Part shown: positions 57,801 to 64,000 of the stretch, piece by piece
How positions within the stretch are numbered: position 1 is the first letter of the stretch
How the letters are laid out: each line of letters begins with the position of its first letter
DNA from: Schizochytrium sp. TIO01
Lineage: Eukaryota; Protista; Bigyra: Labyrinthulomycetes
Assembly: GCA_004764695.1 (NCBI GenBank)
Contig: SMSO01000031.1
Coordinates: 3,076,436 to 3,140,435 of the forward strand
Direction of reading: 5' to 3'
DNA length: 64,000 bases
Notes under the pieces: generated by a model
The model's input: the letters and a program-made list of their open reading frames with translations, nothing else
Told to the model about the DNA's origin: nothing
Databases searched by the model: none
Made by a program: the position numbers and the translations under genes

Positions 57801-60213
57801 TCAAGACGCTCTTGCTCAAGACGCTCTTGCTCAAGACGCTCTTGCTCAAGACGCTCTTGCTCAAGACGCTCTTGCTCAAGACGCTCTTGCTCAAGACGCT
57901 CTTGCTCAAGACGCTCTTGCTCAAGACGCTCCTGCTTAAGACGCTCCTGCTTAAGACGCTCCTGCTTAAGGCGTTCCTTCTCCAGGCGTTCTTTCTCAAG
58001 ACGCTCTTTCTCAAGACGCTCTTTCTCAAGACGCTCCTGCTTAAGACGCTCCTGCTTAAGACGCTCCTGCTTAAGACGTTCCTTCTCAAGGCGTTCTTTC
58101 TCAAGACGCTCTTGCTCGAGACGCTCTTGCTCAAGACGCTCTTGCTCGAGACGCTCTTTCTCAAGACGCTCTTGCTCAAGACGCTCTTGCTCAAGGCGTT
58201 CTTGCTCAAGACGTTCTTGCTCAAGACGTTTTTGCTCAAGGCGCTCCTTCTCAAGGCGCTTTTGTTCAAGTCGCTCTTGCTCAAGACGCTCTTGCTCGAG
58301 ACGTTCTTGCTCAAGACGTTCTTGCTCAAGGCGCTCCTTCTCAAGGCGTTTTTGTTCAAGTCGCTCTTGCTCAAGACGCTCTTGCTCAAGACGCTCTTGC
58401 TCAAGACGTTCTTGCTCAAGTCGCTCTTGCTCAAGACGCTCTTGCTCAAGACGTTCTTTCTCAAGACGCTCTTGCTCAAGACGTTCTTTCTCAAGACGCT
58501 CTTGCTCGAGACGTTTTTGCTCAAGGCGCTTTTGCTCAAGGCGCTCTTGTTCAAGTTGCAGTTGCTCACGGCGCTTTTGTTCAAGACGCTTTTGATCAAG
58601 ACGCTCCTGTACAAGACGCTCCTGTTCAAGACGCTCCTTCTCAAGTCGATCTTTCTCAAGACGATCTTGCTGCTCCGAGTTGCTGTTAAATTTTGCGGCA
58701 TCCTCCTGGATGTGGTTTCTGGATTCCTTTTCGACAGGATGTCGTTCGTGAGATAGTTGGTCTCTTTGTTGTGCCAATTTTCTTGCTCGCTCTTTGTATC
58801 TTTGCTCCAATGCTTTGTGTTGTAACTTCATCTCTGGATCCTCATGTACCCGAGGGCTAAGTAAACTTCCCAGTTCTGCTTTGTTGCGTTCCCCGGCAGT
58901 GGTTCTTTTCATTTTTTGAAGATTTTGGTTTTGAGTGTAAGGTCCCTCCTCACTCGTAAATTGACTCAAGTAACCATTTACATCATCAGATATTGGAGGG
59001 CCTCTCCCTACCAATTCAGGGCTAATAGATTTACCTTGTGCATTATCAAACTGAGCCCGACGTTCGGCTGCTTGAGCCCGTCTTATCCTAGCAGCAATTC
59101 GCTCCTCTCGAGCTTTTCGGGCTGCTAACATAGCATCAGAAGGTCCTTCTGCACCTCCTTGTTCCCGGAGAGCTTCTCGCTCAGAACGCAGTGAAGGCTG
59201 AGGAGGGACAGGAGAACTTGGAGCTGGTAGCTTTTCTTCGTCCTTTTGATTACGCAAATTTGCACTACGGCGTTTTAAAATGAAACCCATGGCGAATGAT
59301 TCATTATCCTCATTCATACCCTCCCGTAATCGTTGCGATATGTGTGCAGAAAGAGCTCGAACGCTTGAGAAGCGAGTAACTCCATGCCTGCCGTCATCTA
59401 ACAGAAATGGCTCGAAAGCAATAGCCTTACGCGTTTTTGGATGATCCGAGGGTAAGTAAACAAGCACTGCATGTGAAGAACTTGTAAACAGCACAGTCAC
59501 AGGTAACAATTTTTGGTACCTGGTGCCTGTAAACCGGTACAGGGTTTCTAATACTGCTTCTTCATTCTGAAATTTGCATTAAGAATAGTATGAATAACCA
59601 TCGTGCATAGTTAGAACGACGAGTGTTGCATAATCTGATGGCATGTGAATTATGAACTTACGTTACAGAGTCGATCACGCACCAAACGCATTGATCTAGA
59701 TTTCTCAGGGCTTGACGATTCAAGATAGTAATCTACTGCAGTCTGAGAACCAAGGAGTGGAAGTTCTTCCAGATTCAAGGCGAGATCTTGCAAAGTCTGA
59801 AATACAGGAATAGATACAAGGTTAGTCAACATGAGGAAACCAATTTCTTTTGTTGCAAAGTCATTCGTGTTCTTCCAAGTACTTACTTTTGCATGAAGAA
59901 CTCCTTTACCACCTAAAATAATAGACGCAGCTTCACAGCACAGGAGGGACTCTTCAGTCGCACTCTCAGTGTGATTTTGTGCCTCCTGAAAATCCAAAGA
60001 TAATTTTCCATTCTTCAGGTTCTGCTTTGTCCTCTCGACTTCGTTGCTAACCAGATTTTCTGATTCATCCAGATCAAACATTGGGCTTTCAAGAGTGCGC
60101 TTAGATTGATGCCCGGATGATGTTTCCTTTAACCAGGAAGCTTGTCTTGGCTTGGGTCTAACAGAGTCTTTGGACTGCTCCAGTGCAGACAGAGATAGGC
60201 GTTCATCCTCCAT
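54820..60213 (-). CDS. CKK-domain (CAMSAP/Patronin-type) protein with long ERLEQ repeat; exons 60213-59662 and 59566-54820, with a frameshift at the C4 run 57673-57676
   Basis: C-terminal [51 protein letters not shown] is a CKK signature. The phase-0 intron 59661-59567 (GTAAGT..TTTCAG) joins the upstream ORFs in frame. Removing one G from CAAGGGGCGT joins the ERLEQ frame to the CKK frame. Confidence 0.85.
57690..58670 (-). repeat. Coding 15-bp tandem repeat (consensus CAAGAGCGTCTTGAG), ~65 copies encoding [15 protein letters not shown]
   Basis: Directly visible; copy number estimated from span/15. Confidence 0.97.
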
Positions 60214-62019
60214 TATAATTACAAGGTACGAGTAAATTGATTGATTCTGAAGTTCTGCAAAGCCCCTGTAAGCTTCTCGTTCTAGCTTGTGACCTGTTGA
60301 ATGTTCCTGCAAGCTCGTGTGCCAGCAGGATTCACCTTGTACTGAGAGATCTTGCGTCTAAACAACAGCACCAAAGTCACAAACTGACAGAGTTTGCAAC
60401 GTTGCCACCCCAGGGCCAAGGGTCGTTCAAGCTCCGAACACCTTTGCCTGGCAGATCCTGCCCTTCTGCAGGGGTTAGGATCCTCTCCGTTGGAGTACTT
60501 GTGCTGATGAGTACCCGAGATGTCTATAGTATATCTAGCAGCCTAGCTACTAGTTCTCCAACTTGTGCTGCACATCCCATTTTCACTTGCAACAGAAAAA
60601 ACAAAACCAAAAAACTGGTAAAAAAAAAAAACAGTAAAAATAAATTTTGAAAATGATCAAACTTAATTTAATTTTATTTTGATATTAAAAATTTTCCGGT
60701 GAGCCGTTGCGGACATGTCAGCGAGCGCTGTAAGCTCGCTGGAGTGTCGCTCGAATTGGATGGCTGTGCAAGTGAGCACCACGCAATCCCAATTCTAGGT
60801 TTCCTACACTTCCTACCAAAATGAGGCGAGTGGAGACGAAGGCTGCAGGCTGCAGCAAAAACTTGATGATGGCAGCAAATCCCAAACCAATGGCCTCCAT
60901 TGGCAAACCAGAAAACATGCATGCTGGTCCGCTTCCGCAGACCGGCTGAGCTGAGCTCATGAGTATTCCTACGCAAGGCATAAAGCCTTGACTTATGGCA
61001 TCTCATTCAGGCCGAGCTATTCTGGGGAAATATATTGTCCCTTGCCCTTGAGCACCTTTGTGCTTGCTGTGATGATTGTAAGTGAATTCTGATAAATATT
61101 GACTGTAGATGTCTCGGTTAGAGGAAGGGGTGAAACGGGTCAGACGAGGCAAGGTCCAGAAAATAAGAGTCGGATAAGGTGAGGATGGAGATCCTGCCTT
61201 TTCAATATTAAACCAGTAAACACCCATTGAGCACTGGAGCCTACGGGCTTTGAGAGCACTGTCTCAAGATACGCTGGGATATAAACTCTTGCCTCGACTG
61301 GCCTGACACGCAAAGGCCTACTCGCGCCTTGTGTCACTAATAGTTGTGGTAAATTCCAAAAATGTTTCATGCTGCGTTATTGCAGCCTGGTACAAGGGTT
61401 TCCGCATATTCCAATCTAAGTACCATGCATGGTGTGTAAAGGATCGCAATTGATGATAAAAAGTTATCTGTCAATCCCCTGAAAGCAGATATGTTGATAA
61501 CATAACCTATCCTCTAAGAAGTTCTGATGCAACTTTTATAGCCTGCATATATTACCATTTGTGAACTAGTTTTGCGAATGCTAATATGAAAGATTGTTTA
61601 TTAGCGTGGAGAAGAGATGACTGGTGATGGAAAATAGTTGGGTGGGTGTTTCTCATTCTTCTTTGGTTCGAATCCAAAATACTAACTTCTGCGCATCACT
61701 TATGTTATTTTAACTACAGATAGTCTAGGTACAATTGAACTGGGCAGATACACTTTAGGTGCTGGATGTGCTCTGATTGGTATTATAAACCTGCACCTTG
61801 TACCATGCAAGCACTCTGTTCAGGAGGTACTCGAAGCTTCTACTTGATACCTATTTTACAACAGCATAGTGTTGTTATCTTGATAGCACTGGTGCATAAC
61901 CAAGAGTGCATATCCCCAGGTATAAGCACTTAGGAAGCTCTCCTCTCCTTCTCAAGTTCTGCCTTCTTCTGAGAATGAGATGGGATGAGACTTTGCCTGG
62001 GGCGGGGCCGGAGGGCTTT

Positions 62020-62312
62020 CGAAAATTCTGTTTTCTATTTTCTTTATTATGTTCCATATCATAGAACCGGGAGGAACTTGATTGTTCTTGTCACTAGTAT
62101 ATTAGAAGTTCTGTATGCTGACAACCCTTAGAAATACTTGTTTTCAACTTCCTTGTGCTATGTTCTATATCATAGAACCGAGAGGAATTTGCTCGTTCTT
62201 GTCGCTGTTACATCACAAGTGCTGTGTATTGATTGCTCTTGAAAAAAATTTCGACTTCTCTTATGCCATATTACATATCACAGAACCGAGAGGAACTGTG
62301 CTCTTCTCATTT
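62020..62312. repeat. Degenerate ~110-bp tandem repeat, ~2.5 copies
   Basis: The core ATATCAYAGAACCGRGAGGAA recurs near 62056, 62167 and 62275, and the spacers also resemble each other. Confidence 0.8.
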
Positions 62313-63383
62313 GATACCATGAGCATATATATATGGCTTGACTTCAGTTTTTGCCTCCGAGTCGAAGTGTTTTTAAATGAAGGCTTGAAAACATACCTAC
62401 GAATCAACTCATGGACTCCGTACTTGATAAAAGATGAAAGCTTCCCTGGTTATTTTAAAGGATAAGGTTTCTTTGGTGATGTCTTCAAGATGAAGCCATG
62501 GTTGCTACTCTAAGAAGCACTTCTCATCTTTTCCTTGTTTTAGACTTATCAAGTTTCCAGTTGCATCGTAGGTCCTTGTCTCGATGAATCACTACATTGC
62601 AATCTTTCTGATTAGGTTATTCTGCGACTGTCTCTTCCACGACAGGATTAGAACTACTAAAACAAATGTACTGATGTATTAAAAAACAGAAAAAGTTCTG
62701 ATATTGAGGCTTTCCCTCGGATGTTCGTTCACATGCGATGTTGAACCAATCGTGACTGTCTGATACAGAAAATTATGCATGTGAAGGAGCTTTGAAAACC
62801 ACGTCGCGTCCGCGTACCAGGTTGCCTTCGAATGGATGATCATAACAAGGTGAAGGGTTGGTGCGACTGGAAAGAAAGAAAAGGATCGACTTGCTACTTT
62901 TACGTCAGCGAGATTTTGACCAGAACCTACCAAAACCTTTCTGTTGTCAATTATCTAGAAGGTGTAAACACTTGCACATCGCATTTCAGGAACGGTGATC
63001 TTTGAAGATGATTTCGGTTCTGTATCAAGAAAGAAATAAACAGACGAAGTAAGGCAACTAGAAGAATATAATTATTGTCGCTCCAATGCTGTAAATTCGG
63101 TTAAACGGAAAAAAAATTAGCGTCTATCTAATGTGGCTGTCTATAGCAATGTAAACTCCTTCTTGAAGGGGAGGTCTTGTATGCCCCTAAGCTTTCATTT
63201 GGACTTGAGGCGTCAGTGATGCGCTCTATGAGGAAGTGCGTACAGTACTCGCTTTTATCTGGGAAAACGTATGGTGCAGTCCGCGTCTTATGTAACTACG
63301 TGCTGAAATGGCTAGTCTCAGAGTAATACCATTGTGAAAACAAAATTTTAGATGTAGATAGATCTTTAAATGCAATTAGATAT

Positions 63384-64000
63384 TTATTGTGAGTTTGACT
63401 TGGAAGCCTGAGAAGCCATGCTCAGGTTATCAGCCTCGATCATTGCACGTGTCGACTCTTTCTCAAGCACCATAGATACAAGGTCTGTGATGCGTCGGTC
63501 CTGCTGTGATTCTGGGACTGCGGCAATTGCATCGAGAGCACGGAGCGCCGAACGAATGTCGTTGTTTGCATGGTTCATCACTGAGCCTTGCGCCTCCTTC
63601 ACAGTCTTGTTCAATGTCTGGGCCAATGGCTCCAACACAGTGTTGATTTCGCTCAAGAGGATGTGTGGAGAACGTTGAGCGATCTGAATAAGAATTTGGT
63701 GGCAAAGCATTTGAACTTCATCGACGTCAGCAAGACCCTTGGCGAGGTGAGGAAGGAGATCAACAATCGGAACCGTTTCAGGGATCGTATCGAGCATTGT
63801 GAGAATGCATGAAAATGACGCTTTGCGTAGGGGTAAACCATCATCCACGACGTGCTTGAAGGGTCCAAGGTCAACAGTGCGCTTCAGTGTAGGGTCAACA
63901 CGCATGTCTTTGAAAAGCGAGGGAACGATTTGCTCTCTGGCAACATCATGGATAACTGCAGTGCGGTGATGAGCAAGTGACGTGAATGCAACAATTGATG
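63384..64000 (-). CDS. CAND1: Cullin-associated NEDD8-dissociated protein 1, 3' end (gene continues beyond the window)
   Basis: TIP120 C-terminal signature RTVDLGPFKHVVDDGLPLRKASF, GLAD..EVQMLC, DIRSALRA. Confidence 0.93.
   Translation of the reverse strand, partial: SIVAFTSLAHHRTAVIHDVAREQIVPSLFKDMRVDPTLKRTVDLGPFKHVVDDGLPLRKASFSCILTMLDTIPETVPIVDLLPHLAKGLADVDEVQMLCHQILIQIAQRSPHILLSEINTVLEPLAQTLNKTVKEAQGSVMNHANNDIRSALRALDAIAAVPESQQDRRITDLVSMVLEKESTRAMIEADNLSMASQASKSNSQ

Noticed and set aside
57581-58756. LLKTL-repeat ORF (+) and SKSVL-repeat frame (-)
   Set aside because: Alternative stop-free frames of the 15-bp repeat; the ERLEQ frame is the one continuous with the upstream exon.
61601-61685. 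tRNA-like T-arm TTTGG-TTCGAAT-CCAAA with B-box match and a weak acceptor-like pairing
   Set aside because: No D-arm, A-box or anticodon arm could be built, and a lone B-box can occur by chance. tRNAscan-SE would settle it.
62020-62312. Possible CRISPR-like repeat-spacer array
   Set aside because: Spacers are similar to each other and too long, the context is eukaryotic, and there are no cas genes.

Overview
Eukaryotic nuclear DNA with mostly intronless genes, a few short GT-AG introns and microsatellite-rich spacers. Gene content and style suggest a stramenopile protist, plausibly a thraustochytrid/labyrinthulomycete (inference, not proven). Recognisable genes: mitochondrial trifunctional enzyme alpha (HADHA/FadJ-like), PHOSPHO1/2-like HAD phosphatase, membrane-anchored pepsin-family protease, plant-type TOM5-like protein, spliced divergent cyclophilin, HIG1-domain protein, a CKK-domain (CAMSAP/Patronin-type) protein with a ~1 kb pentapeptide repeat, and the 3' end of CAND1. 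The most notable feature (7.9-32.8 kb) is four paralogous ~950-1050 aa, Cys-patterned, five-TM glycoproteins that I cannot assign to a known family. They form two subtypes (A, B) arranged as a tandemly duplicated head-to-head pair (<-A1 B1-> <-A2 B2->), a candidate two-subunit surface or membrane-remodelling system. Also notable: an atypical Rab-like GTPase with three PFU-like repeats and a disrupted Crinkler-type NTPase+nuclease gene. Three genes carry frameshifts, two of them in homopolymer runs, so consensus errors are likely. All assignments come from reading the sequence; no searches were run.
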